64,000 nucleotides of DNA from Candidatus Campbellbacteria bacterium RIFOXYC2_FULL_35_25 (GTDB lineage: Bacteria > Patescibacteriota > Minisyncoccia > Phycocordibacterales > UBA12079). Position numbers and translations under genes: made by a program. The stretch is taken from NCBI GenBank assembly GCA_001774495.1, contig MFAE01000014.1, positions 10,573-74,572 on the forward strand, given 5' to 3'. The notes under the pieces are model-generated. The model had not been told where the DNA came from. It worked only from the letters and a program-made list of their open reading frames with translations, and searched no databases. Each line of letters begins with the position of its first letter. The stretch's first letter is position 1. Of this stretch, positions 7,602-16,888 are shown in pieces.

Positions 7602-8069
7602 TTACTTACCTTTATTCAATTTCACCTTTTGCAAAACCTCTTTTTCTTCTCCTGACAACTCATGTTCACAAAGCCAATTCTTTATTGGTTTCGCAAAAAC
7701 ACTGACCTTTTCTCTAGAATAAAGACTTGATATAACAACTCCGTTTCCATTGTTGTCGATCATGGCTGTAGCAAAGCTTTGATTTCCGCCGATGCCATCT
7801 CCTTTGAAAGGATTAAATCTTACTGTTTCAATTCCTTGAATAGATTTGTCTATTTCTACATCTATACTTTGAATTTTATTATTTGTGGCATTCTTAAATT
7901 CATTTAGAATATTTGTATTTTTTTGAAGAGCTCCAATTTGGTCATTCAAATTCTGATTATTTTTTACAGAAGGAATGTTCTTAATTTTTACTTCAAGTCG
8001 AATAATCCACAAAATCAGTAAAAAACTGATAGCAATTAGGGAATAAATCATTATTTCTTCTGTTGACAT
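7602..8069 (-). CDS. Hypothetical membrane-anchored protein, possibly DUF4446-like
   Basis: N-terminal TM helix, coiled-coil, RFNPF..GNQSF..GNGVVISSLY segment. Confidence 0.45.
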   Translation of the reverse strand: MSTEEIMIYSLIAISFLLILWIIRLEVKIKNIPSVKNNQNLNDQIGALQKNTNILNEFKNATNNKIQSIDVEIDKSIQGIETVRFNPFKGDGIGGNQSFATAMIDNNGNGVVISSLYSREKVSVFAKPIKNWLCEHELSGEEKEVLQKVKLNKGK

Positions 8070-8145
8070 AACTATAAAAATTAACTTATATACTTAAAGA
8101 TTATACATTTTTAATGCTTTTTTGCAATTTTATGTAATTTATAAT

Positions 8146-8910
8146 TTATATTACTTCGATTGTGTAATTATAATTTGCGAAATGTTTTTCAACCATTTTT
8201 CTGAAATTCGGAGAATCTTGGGAAATTATAAATTTTAGTTCACCATCTCCAACATTATTATTAAACTTTGAGAGAGCGGTTTCGGCTACAACAGAAGCTG
8301 GGTCAAAGATTTCAACTTTTCTCCCAATTTTTTTAAAAGATTGCTCAAATTTATCTAGGAAGAAAGGATAGTGAGTACAACATAAAATAACCTTATCAAA
8401 ATTATCTTGGGAGACCCCTGTTGTTGCCTCATCGATTATTCTTTCAATTTCATTTTCATCTGCTCCAAATTCAATTGCTCCAGCTAACTCGGCAATCGGA
8501 AATGTTTTTATTTCTACGTTATGTTTTCTAAAATTTTCTTGGTATGCCCCTGACTCTATTGTGGCTGGTGTAGCAAAGATCAAGATTTCCCCAGAATGAT
8601 TTTTAAATTCTGATACGGTTGGGTTTATCATCTCAACTATTCCAAACGGAACATCCGACAAGAGTCCAATTTCTTCAAGAACCATAAAAGCGGAAACACT
8701 ATTGCAAGCGCTTAAAATATTTGTTGCCCCATTTTCAAGAAGTTTTTTTACTCCAAGAGCGGTTAATATTTTTAAATCGTCTTGCGTTTTTATTCCATAA
8801 GGAGCATTTTTTATATCACCAAAATAAACCACATCTGTTTGCGGAGATTTTTCTTTGAGAGCTTTTAAAACAGTAAGCCCTCCGATTCCTGAATCAAAAA
8901 TACCAATCAT
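8146..8910 (-). CDS. murI: Glutamate racemase
   Basis: IGIFDSGIGGLTV N-terminus and CTHYP motif. Confidence 0.85.
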   Translation of the reverse strand: MIGIFDSGIGGLTVLKALKEKSPQTDVVYFGDIKNAPYGIKTQDDLKILTALGVKKLLENGATNILSACNSVSAFMVLEEIGLLSDVPFGIVEMINPTVSEFKNHSGEILIFATPATIESGAYQENFRKHNVEIKTFPIAELAGAIEFGADENEIERIIDEATTGVSQDNFDKVILCCTHYPFFLDKFEQSFKKIGRKVEIFDPASVVAETALSKFNNNVGDGELKFIISQDSPNFRKMVEKHFANYNYTIEVI

Positions 8911-8982
8911 GAGGATAATTATACTCTGAGAGTCAAAAAGTTAAAAGTTTAAGAGCTCTTTTTATGAAAAGAGAGGTTGAGG

Positions 8983-9537
8983 TTATTCTTGCGCTAAAAT
9001 AAGAATAATGTCATCAGAATTATATAAATTAAGACCTATTCCATCTGGACCGTATGATCCAAGAGCAACGGCGTTTTCTCCTGCTACAGTATAGTCCGTG
9101 TCGAGAAAATAAGGATGTCCCCATGGGTCAATTATATTTGCATTGATATAAGGTCCCCGCCATCCTGAGTAAGGAGTGATAGGGTCGTTAGCTGTTAGAC
9201 CAGCCGATGCAACTGTAATATCTTCTACCTCATTACTTCCACAGGCACCACAAACACTGTAGGGAGTCTGGTGCCCTGGCCATTCTCCAGTATCCATTTC
9301 CATTACTTCCATTGCTGTGCGTATATTACCAAGTTCAGCTATTGCTTTGGCAGTACGGGCTTTTGCTCGGGCACCATTTAAGGAAGCCATGACCACAGAG
9401 GATAAAATACCAATAATTGCGATAACCACTAGGAGTTCGATTAAAGTGAAACCAAAGTTATTTGATAGTTGATAGTTTTTAGTTTTTAGTAATAAAAATT
9501 TGCTACGTAAATTTTTATCTTTTTTATTCTTTAACAT
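8983..9537 (-). CDS. Type IV pilin / pseudopilin with a prepilin-type N-terminal cleavage-methylation domain
   Basis: G-FTLIELLVVIAIIGIL with G-1, F+1 and E+5; a long basic leader partly encoded by an AT-rich micro-repeat. Confidence 0.75.
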   Translation of the reverse strand: MLKNKKDKNLRSKFLLLKTKNYQLSNNFGFTLIELLVVIAIIGILSSVVMASLNGARAKARTAKAIAELGNIRTAMEVMEMDTGEWPGHQTPYSVCGACGSNEVEDITVASAGLTANDPITPYSGWRGPYINANIIDPWGHPYFLDTDYTVAGENAVALGSYGPDGIGLNLYNSDDIILILAQE

Positions 9538-9687
9538 TTTTTTATTATATCAATTTTTTTGTTTTTTGTTTTCAACAGAATAGAGGATTGTTCCTAATTC
9601 TTTATTTTTTGATTCGCGTATAGTTTTATGCGATAATGAATCTAATTATAACTCATTATGTTTAAAATAAGAAAAACAAGAATATTT

Positions 9688-10839
9688 ATGGACTATGCTA
9701 CATCTACTCCTATCAGAAAGGAGGTTTTGAAAGCGATGCAACCTTACTGGATCGAAAAATACGGTAATCCCGGAACCATTCATCAATTTGGGGTAGAAGC
9801 AAAAAAGGCACTGGATGATTCTCGAAAAAAAATATCTCAGATTTTGAAATGCCATTCTGATGAAATAATTTTTACTGCGAGCGGAACAGAATCAAATAGC
9901 ATGGCTATTTTCGGTGTAATAGAAAAATTAGCAGAAAAAGGGGCTGATTTAAATAAATTACACATGATAACAACTGTTATGGAGCACCCATCTATTTTGG
10001 AGTGGTTTGCTCGATATGAAAAAAAAGGAGTGAGAGTGAATTACATTGGAATAGACGAAGAGGGAATCATTGATTTAAAAGAATTGCGGAAAGTTCTTTG
10101 TCCAGAAACATTTTTTGTGTCTGTTATGTATGTAAATAATGAAATCGGAACAATTCAGCCTATTACAAAAATAGCCCATATAATAAAAGACCATAATAAA
10201 AAATTTACAGGCGTGAAGCGGTTACCAACTATTTTTCATACTGATGCGAGCCAAGCCCCTTTGTATCTACCTTTGGATATTCACAGCTTGGGGGTGGATA
10301 TGCTTACTATTGATGGACAAAAAATTTATGGGCCAAAAGGAGTGGGAGTTTTATTTAAGAAAAGGGAAGTAGAAATAAGTCCGTTGGTTGTAGGAGGGAG
10401 CCAAGAAGGAGGTTTGAGAGCGGGAACAGAAAATATTCCTCTTATTGTTGGGTTGGCAAAAGCATTAGAATTAGCTAATGAAGACAGGGAGAAAGAATCT
10501 GCCCGTCTTACAAAAATAAGAAATGGTTTTATAGATAGGGTTCTGAAAGAGATTTCTGGCTCCGTGTTAAACGGTAGTAGAGAAAAAAGATTACCCAACA
10601 GTGTTAACGTTTCAATCCCCAATATTGATACAGAATTTACCATTATAAAATTAGACAGTAAAGGAATCGCTTGTTCCTCAAAAAGTGCCTGTATGGGAAA
10701 ATCAAAAAAAGATTCTTACGTTGTAGAGGCTTTGGGAAATAATATGGGTAATTCTTTAAGATTTACTCTCGGGAGAAGCACCTCCAAAAAAGATGTAGAT
10801 TATGTGGTTGATATGATAAAGCGAAGTATTGGCAAATGA
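9688..10839 (+). CDS. Cysteine desulfurase (class V aminotransferase, IscS/NifS-like)
   Basis: MDYATSTP start, HTDASQA, TIDGQKIYGPKG PLP-lysine region; tool start at 9658 is probably upstream of the true start. Confidence 0.8.
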   Translation: MDYATSTPIRKEVLKAMQPYWIEKYGNPGTIHQFGVEAKKALDDSRKKISQILKCHSDEIIFTASGTESNSMAIFGVIEKLAEKGADLNKLHMITTVMEHPSILEWFARYEKKGVRVNYIGIDEEGIIDLKELRKVLCPETFFVSVMYVNNEIGTIQPITKIAHIIKDHNKKFTGVKRLPTIFHTDASQAPLYLPLDIHSLGVDMLTIDGQKIYGPKGVGVLFKKREVEISPLVVGGSQEGGLRAGTENIPLIVGLAKALELANEDREKESARLTKIRNGFIDRVLKEISGSVLNGSREKRLPNSVNVSIPNIDTEFTIIKLDSKGIACSSKSACMGKSKKDSYVVEALGNNMGNSLRFTLGRSTSKKDVDYVVDMIKRSIGK

Positions 10840-10846
10840 ATTTCAC

Positions 10847-11920
10847 ATGAAAAATTATCTTATAAACAAAAAAGAGAGATTGAAGGGACACTTCTCTACT
10901 TCAAAAAATTGGGTGGAAAAAAATGACAAATATTTATCACCCGCTTTTTTTATTGCTGGTTTTATCTTAGATAATTTGACTCTGACAAGGATTGATATGT
11001 TTTTTGATAATGCTATTCTTTTTGGTTATTTATCCTTAGTTGCTTTCAGCATAATTATGATGAGAGCAGTTAAGCGAGAGGGAATCGTTAAATATTTACC
11101 ATTTGTTTTGCAGTTTGCTTTTGGAGGTTTGTTCAGCGGTTATGTGATTTTTTATACAAAAAGCGCTTCTTTGGCATCAAGTTGGATTTTTCTCTTTCTT
11201 TTGTATGGGTTATTTTTAGGGAACGAAAGACTTAGGCATTATTATAAAAAATCAGATTTTCAGATAATAATTTTCTTTGTCGCAATTTTCTCTTTTATGA
11301 TTTTCTTTATTCCAGTTTTATTGAAGGAAATGGGCTGGCAAATCTTTATTCTTAGTGGACTCGTAAGTTTATTAGTTATTTATCTGTTCATTTTTTTCAC
11401 TTTAAAATTTTCTGAGGTTAGAGGAAAAAGAGACTTTAGAAATATATTGGTTGTTTACATTATTTTTAATATTCTTTATTTTACAAATATCATTCCTCCG
11501 GTACCATTATCTTTAAAAAACCTAGAACTTTATCATTCTGTTGAGAAAAGTTTTTCTGGAAATTATATCGTGCAAAAGGAAGTAGGGGCTTGGAGTTTGT
11601 TTAATAAATTCACAAAAACACAAAATAGTTCTATTTATGTTTATAGCTCTGTTTTTGCTCCCACTGATTTAAACATCGATGTTGTTAATGTTTGGCGAAA
11701 ATATGATGAGAAAAAAGGCGAGTGGGTGACGAGAGAAAGAATAACGTATTCAATAAAAGGGGGGAGGTCCGAAGGATACCGAGGTTACTCTTTCATTTCA
11801 AATGTTGAGACCGGAAAATGGAAGGTTAGTATCGAGACAGAAAGGGGGCAAACTTTGGGAGTAATAAAATTTAAAGTAATAGAAGGAAAACCAGAACTGG
11901 AAACAGAGGAAATAAGATAA
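10847..11920 (+). CDS. Hypothetical polytopic membrane protein
   Basis: Multiple hydrophobic segments; start ambiguous (TTG at 10829 or ATG at 10847). Confidence 0.45.
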   Translation: MKNYLINKKERLKGHFSTSKNWVEKNDKYLSPAFFIAGFILDNLTLTRIDMFFDNAILFGYLSLVAFSIIMMRAVKREGIVKYLPFVLQFAFGGLFSGYVIFYTKSASLASSWIFLFLLYGLFLGNERLRHYYKKSDFQIIIFFVAIFSFMIFFIPVLLKEMGWQIFILSGLVSLLVIYLFIFFTLKFSEVRGKRDFRNILVVYIIFNILYFTNIIPPVPLSLKNLELYHSVEKSFSGNYIVQKEVGAWSLFNKFTKTQNSSIYVYSSVFAPTDLNIDVVNVWRKYDEKKGEWVTRERITYSIKGGRSEGYRGYSFISNVETGKWKVSIETERGQTLGVIKFKVIEGKPELETEEIR

Positions 11921-12028
11921 AGAATAAAGAGTTAACTTAGGTGGTGTGGTTGACATCTGGCATAGTTTTGTTATCCTATCCTAGGAAATGTTACCATTTT
12001 TTTTAAATTTTAGAGTTGGAGGAGCAGA

Positions 12029-12448
12029 ATGATGAAGAGAGTGTGGAGTATTTGTTTGCTTATTGGGTTGATGTTGTGGTGTTCTACATCCACGGCTTCA
12101 ACCCTGACCCCCGCAGTTTCAGGTCTTTCATTTCACCAGGGTGAAACAGGAGACTTTGAATGGGAAATTTTAAAAAAAGGAGGGAAGGAACACAAGAGCG
12201 AATCAGTTCGCTTTGAGGACAAAAAAAATGAACGGGAGGGGTCTTTTTGGATGACGGGGGGGCATTATGGCGTCGACGATTTTAAAAAAGAAAAAATTCG
12301 TTTTGATAAAAAAGGAAAAGGTCATCACTACGGACGGGGAAAGAATCCCCCTCGTTGTGAAGTCCCTGCACCCTCGAGTATTCTTTTGCTCACCGCCGGC
12401 TTGGTTGGTCTAGCCAGTTTTGGGGCAATCTTAAAAAAGAAGGCGTAA
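12029..12448 (+). CDS. Small secreted protein with a PEP-CTERM-like C-terminal sorting signal (VPAPSS variant), in a GC-rich patch
   Basis: N-terminal signal peptide; C-terminus VPAPSSILLLTAGLVGLASFGAILKKKA. Confidence 0.5.
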   Translation: MMKRVWSICLLIGLMLWCSTSTASTLTPAVSGLSFHQGETGDFEWEILKKGGKEHKSESVRFEDKKNEREGSFWMTGGHYGVDDFKKEKIRFDKKGKGHHYGRGKNPPRCEVPAPSSILLLTAGLVGLASFGAILKKKA

Positions 12449-12633
12449 TTTTTTATGCACGCCTTCGCGCAATAACCTTGTCGTCTCTTTGTGAGATGAC
12501 GAGGTTATTTTTTTATTTGAAATCTATTGACAGACAGGCAATAAGAGTGTAAGTTTATAGAGAAATTTTGCAGTTCTTCGAAGTTTAGAGGGGGGCGTTT
12601 TGCCTAAAATTAAGAACACAAGGAGAGAACAGA

Positions 12634-13307
12634 TGCAACAAACGAAGAGGGTAAGTATGGCCGATTTTCTTGCCGGGATGGTTGGTAACGACGAATCGTT
12701 CATTTTTGGGGTACCCCGTGAGACGATGGCAAGGGAAAGCCCTAAAGATCGTCTTCTGCGAAAAGCAGTGACCGACGGAGAGGCTGCCAAACCGATTGAC
12801 CTCCTTTCTGTCCATGCGGAAACCGTTTCGGCCCTTGCCGCGGCCGACTATTTCCAGGAGCTCTTGGATCTGTCACTCGCGACGAGTGAAGATCTTCGAA
12901 ACAAACTCGAGGTGATGACTCATATCAAGAATGTTCAGGAGAAAAGGGCGAACTCTTTATTCAAAAGGCTGAAGGGGCTCTCTGAGGAAGAGCCTCTCAA
13001 GCAGGCGGTAGTCACGCGGATGAAGAGCCGGATAGCATCTCTGGAGGAGATCACAAACGCCCTTGCCGAGGAAAACGAGCTTCTTATGGAAGCTCTCGAC
13101 ACAATCTCTGCACTCATTGCCTCTCCTCCCAAGTGTTCCCCTCCGGCGAAGAAGGATCGGGTACCTTTAATCAAGCGGATTAAGGAAATCTCGGATGCCT
13201 TTGGTAGTTCCTTCATTCCGTTGGATCAGGCTCCTAAGCCAGGCTGGGTGGAACCGGAAAAAGATTGGCCTCGGTTGCCCATCGACAAACCGAAGTCCGA
13301 GTGTTAG
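12634..13307 (+). CDS. Hypothetical protein, GC-rich with atypical codon usage
   Basis: SD aaggagag 6 nt before the ATG at 12634; GC-rich stem-loop terminator at 13340-13385. Confidence 0.45.
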
Positions 13308-13513
13308 GGGAAATCCGGCTATAGCCGTTTTCCCAAGAGTTTCACGCCGCGCGCCCTTCACAGGGTTGCGCGGTGTTTTTTATTTAAAATCATCTTTTAT
13401 AAACTCACCCTTTTATTTTATCTGTTGATTTATAAAATTATTTATAATACAATAGTTCTTGCCTATATTTTGGGTTAGTTTCATTTTGAAATTAGTTGAT
13501 TTGTTTACGTTTT

Positions 13514-13587
13514 GGGCCAGTAGCTCAGTTGGCTAGAGCGCCTCATTTGCACTGAGGAGGTCGGGGGTTCGATTCCTCTCTGGTCCA
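13514..13587 (+). tRNA. tRNA-Ala (TGC)
   Basis: Acceptor GGGCCAG/CTGGTCC with the G3:U70 identity pair, anticodon loop TTTGCAC, T-loop TTCGATT. Confidence 0.85.
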
Positions 13588-13593
13588 CACAAC

Positions 13594-13632
13594 CAAAATA
13601 AAACACCATTTTTTTAGATGGTGTTTTATTTT
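13594..13632 (+). terminator. Palindromic rho-independent terminator after tRNA-Ala
   Basis: aaaataaaacaccat ttttttag atggtgttttatttt. Confidence 0.7.
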
Positions 13633-13639
13633 GTGTTGC

Positions 13640-13850
13640 TGTGCCAGAAGAAAGCAAACTGCTTTGCTTTCGTGAGGAATCGAAAGGCGGAATCATGTTT
13701 TGCGAAGCAAAACAGACGAGCCGGGGTCGCGAGCACTTAATAGATTTCGAGCCGAAGACGAAGAAATATATTTAGTGACTCGTGACCGATTCCTCTCTGG
13801 TCCATATTTTTACTTAGAACTGGGGACCGATTCCTCTCTGGTCCACCAAA
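13640..13850 (+). repeat. tRNA-Ala-linked element with two direct copies of the tRNA-Ala 3' end (GACCGATTCCTCTCTGGTCCA at 13784-13804 and 13825-13845)
   Basis: ctttcgtgaGGAATCGAAaggcggaatcatgttttgcgaagcaaaacagacgagccggggtcgcgagcactt; the core is homologous to the Trp-linked element. Confidence 0.65.
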
Positions 13851-14399
13851 ATCTAGACCCAAAAGCGACAGCTTTCGGGCCTAGATTTTGGTGGAATATT
13901 CTAGACTTTGCGCGAAATTATTTTGAGAACGAATGAAGCTTACGCTCCGATTTCTTCTAAACTTTAAACCGCCTGCTACGCCCCACTAAAGCGGAAGTTT
14001 CGGCGAAACGACTTGTCGCCTCCGTAAACTCTGGCGACAACCAACACCAAAAAAATTCTTTTCCTTTTCTCTCTAGGGTCTGTTCAAGATTTCACCGCAA
14101 ACATATATTATTTACTACTCTAAAGAGTAGAGTTTGCTTGTCGGCTAAAACTTCATAATTTTGGCTACAAATTTTTAAAATTTCGTCAGTATATCTTGAT
14201 ATACTTCTTCAATTTTTAAAATTTTCGCACAAAATTCTGAAGTTTTATCTCGACATGAAATCTTGAACAAACTCTTGAAATTTGGGGGGGGCGAAAAAAG
14301 AAAGGAAAAAACGCAAAGAAATTTTTTTGGGTTGGTTTCGAACTTATAGGCAGTATCTTAATACTTTAAGATGCTGCCCGCTTCTAGCCATTTTTTGTT

Positions 14400-14427
14400 C
14401 CAACGGCTCAACGACTTGAGCCGTTGG
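14400..14427. repeat. Copy 1 of the palindromic motif CAACGGCTCAACGA(C/G)TTGAGCCGTTG; further copies at 18387-18410 and 20755-20780
   Basis: Three near-identical 11-12 bp stem palindromes in intergenic positions: copy 1 ahead of the first island gene, copy 2 inside the island, copy 3 after the last. Confidence 0.7.
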
Positions 14428-14496
14428 TTTATCGACATACCGTTATATTATAATATAACATTGTGGTATACTATAACAAGCGATATACTGTTGATA

Positions 14497-14703
14497 ATGA
14501 ATGGTGAATCTGAAAAACTTGGTAAAAATTTAAATAAAATTAGAACAAGTAAAAAAATATCGCAAGGTGATATTGCTCGCTCGTTAGGAGTTAGCCGTGG
14601 TTTTATTAGTAACATAGAAAATGGTAAAACTAACCCTACACTTGCAACGATTAGTAAAATAGCAAAAGCTGTTGGTGTTTCTACTGACGAATTATTAAAA
14701 TAA
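14497..14703 (+). CDS. XRE-family HTH regulator, resembling a restriction-modification controller (C) protein
   Basis: ~68 aa; LGKNLNKIRTSKKISQGDIARSLGVSRGFISNIENGKTNPTLATISKIAKAVGVS. Confidence 0.65.
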   Translation: MNGESEKLGKNLNKIRTSKKISQGDIARSLGVSRGFISNIENGKTNPTLATISKIAKAVGVSTDELLK

Positions 14704-14705
14704 TT

Positions 14706-15776
14706 ATGAGTAAAGAAAAAACAAGTTCAAATAGTAACCTACATAAAGCTAATAGGGCAAAAAAAGACGAGTTTTATACTCAGCTTATTGATATTGAAAA
14801 GGAGTTAAAACACTACAAAGAACAATTTCGTGACAAGGTAGTATATTGTAACTGCGATGACCCCTTTGAAAGTAATTTTTTCAAATATTTTGCCTCAAAC
14901 TTTAATGTTCTGGGCTTAAAAAAACTCATTGCCACCAGTTACAAACCATCCCCAATTGCTAATACTCAATTAGGATTATTTGGTGATGACAAAAAACTCT
15001 CAAAATCAAAAGGTCGCCCAAAAACAACAGCTAATAAATTTATCATCAACGAAGCTAGTGATTTTGATGGTGATGGTGCATTTGACCTTCATGATATAGC
15101 AGAACAACTAAAGGCTAATAAAAATAATGAGTGGGCTCCTCTTAAAGGTGATGGGGATTTTAAAAGCCCAGAAAGTATAGAACTTTTAAAACAAGCAGAT
15201 ATTGTCGTAACTAATCCACCTTTTTCATTATTTAGGGAATATGTTGCTCAATTAGTTGAGTATGATAAAAAATTTTTAATATTAGGTCAGCAGGGAGCGG
15301 TGATCTATAAAGAATTTATTCCTCTAATCAAAGAAAATAAAGTTTGGCTCGGACATGATAATGGTGGAACAAAATGGTTTCAAGTTCCTATGGATTATGA
15401 CATCCCAACAGAATCAAGAAAAAAAAATGTTGACGGTGTAAAATATTTCAGCATGGGAAGTGTTAATTGGTATACAAATCTCGAAGTTGCTCGTCGCCAC
15501 AATGATCTTGTATTATATAAAAAATATAATCCTAAGGAATATTTTAAATATGATAATTATGATGGAATTAACGTAAATAGATATATCGATATCCCAATGG
15601 ATTATGAAGGAGTAATGGGTGTACCAATTACTTTTCTTAACTACCATAACCCTGATCAGTTTGAGATTATAGGATTAGATAGGTACACGGGAAAGAATGG
15701 AGATAAAGATTTTACTATTAACGGGAAAATGTTGTTTCGTCGTATATTAATTAAAAATAAAAGACCACAAAAATAA
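14706..15776 (+). CDS. N6-adenine (amino-class) DNA methyltransferase
   Basis: DEFYTQ (motif X-like), VYCNCDDPFESNFF (motif I-like), IVVTNPPFS (motif IV, NPPF). Confidence 0.65.
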   Translation: MSKEKTSSNSNLHKANRAKKDEFYTQLIDIEKELKHYKEQFRDKVVYCNCDDPFESNFFKYFASNFNVLGLKKLIATSYKPSPIANTQLGLFGDDKKLSKSKGRPKTTANKFIINEASDFDGDGAFDLHDIAEQLKANKNNEWAPLKGDGDFKSPESIELLKQADIVVTNPPFSLFREYVAQLVEYDKKFLILGQQGAVIYKEFIPLIKENKVWLGHDNGGTKWFQVPMDYDIPTESRKKNVDGVKYFSMGSVNWYTNLEVARRHNDLVLYKKYNPKEYFKYDNYDGINVNRYIDIPMDYEGVMGVPITFLNYHNPDQFEIIGLDRYTGKNGDKDFTINGKMLFRRILIKNKRPQK

Positions 15777-15780
15777 TGAT

Positions 15781-16884
15781 ATGATAATAAATTTACATAA
15801 GATTAAAATCTCTGAGATTGTAAAGGATTATAAGGACAGCGATGAAGAAGGGGTGTCTGCTTTTGGTGGTAAATTAGATATTCGTCCTAAGTATCAAAGA
15901 GAGTTTGTATATAGTGGTAAACAAAGAGATGAAGTGATCAGAACTGTCAAAAATGGTTTTCCTTTAAATGTTATGTATTGGGTGAAAAAAGAAGACAAAA
16001 ATTTTGAAGTACTTGATGGACAACAAAGGACAATTAGTATCGCCCAATTTGTAAATGGAGATTTTTCAATTGAATTTAACGGAAGAATCGCAATGTTTCA
16101 TAATCTAACTAAAGAAGAACAAGAGCAGATTATGAATTATGATCTTATGATTTATCACTGTGAAGGAACCGATAAGGAAAAGCTCGACTGGTTTAAGATT
16201 ATTAATATTGCTGGTGAGAAATTGTTTCCTCAAGAGCTACGAAATGCTGTGTATACTGGCCCATGGCTTTCAGATGCAAAGCTGAAGTTTAGTAAATCAA
16301 ATTGTGCGTCTTATTTGTTAGCAAATGACGGTGGTCAATTAATAACAGGTTCTCCTATAAGACAAGAGTATCTAGAAACTGCATTATCATGGATAAACAA
16401 TGATGAAATAGAACAATATATGGCACAACATCAACATGACAAAGATGCAGATGAGTTGTGGCAGTATTTTCAAAATGTAATCCATTGGGTACGGAAAACT
16501 TTTCCTCATTATAGAAAAGAGATGTCAGGCGTAAATTGGGGCGAACTCTATAACGCATTTAAAAACAAAAAACTTAATCCAGAAAAATTAGAGAAAGAAA
16601 TTAAAAGATTGATGCAAGATGAAGACGTCACAAAAAAATCTGGGATCTATTCATATATATTAACTCTCAAGGAGCGATACCTTTCTATACGGGCATTCAC
16701 ACCAAATATGAAACGTGAAGCATATGAAAGACAAAATGGTGTTTGCCCTGAATGTAATAAAGATTTTTCACTTTCAGAAATGGAAACGGATCATATTGAT
16801 CCGTGGCATGAAGGTGGAAGAACAATAGCAGAAAATTGCCAGATGTTATGCAAAGAATGTAATAGACGAAAATCTGGAAAATAA
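15781..16884 (+). CDS. DUF262 (ParB-like, DGQQR) plus C-terminal HNH nuclease fusion; GmrSD-like restriction-type nuclease
   Basis: LDGQQRT motif; C-terminus CPECN..HIDPWHEGGRT..NCQMLCKECNRRK. Confidence 0.65.
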   Translation: MIINLHKIKISEIVKDYKDSDEEGVSAFGGKLDIRPKYQREFVYSGKQRDEVIRTVKNGFPLNVMYWVKKEDKNFEVLDGQQRTISIAQFVNGDFSIEFNGRIAMFHNLTKEEQEQIMNYDLMIYHCEGTDKEKLDWFKIINIAGEKLFPQELRNAVYTGPWLSDAKLKFSKSNCASYLLANDGGQLITGSPIRQEYLETALSWINNDEIEQYMAQHQHDKDADELWQYFQNVIHWVRKTFPHYRKEMSGVNWGELYNAFKNKKLNPEKLEKEIKRLMQDEDVTKKSGIYSYILTLKERYLSIRAFTPNMKREAYERQNGVCPECNKDFSLSEMETDHIDPWHEGGRTIAENCQMLCKECNRRKSGK

Positions 16885-16888
16885 AATT

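Noticed and set aside
3575-13700. Minus-strand tRNA genes suggested by GGACTCGAAC / GGAATCGAA / GGAGTCGAAC motifs
   Set aside because: Flanking sequence cannot form complementary T-stems or acceptor stems on the minus strand; these motifs are inverted copies of the adjacent plus-strand tRNA T-arms inside the elements
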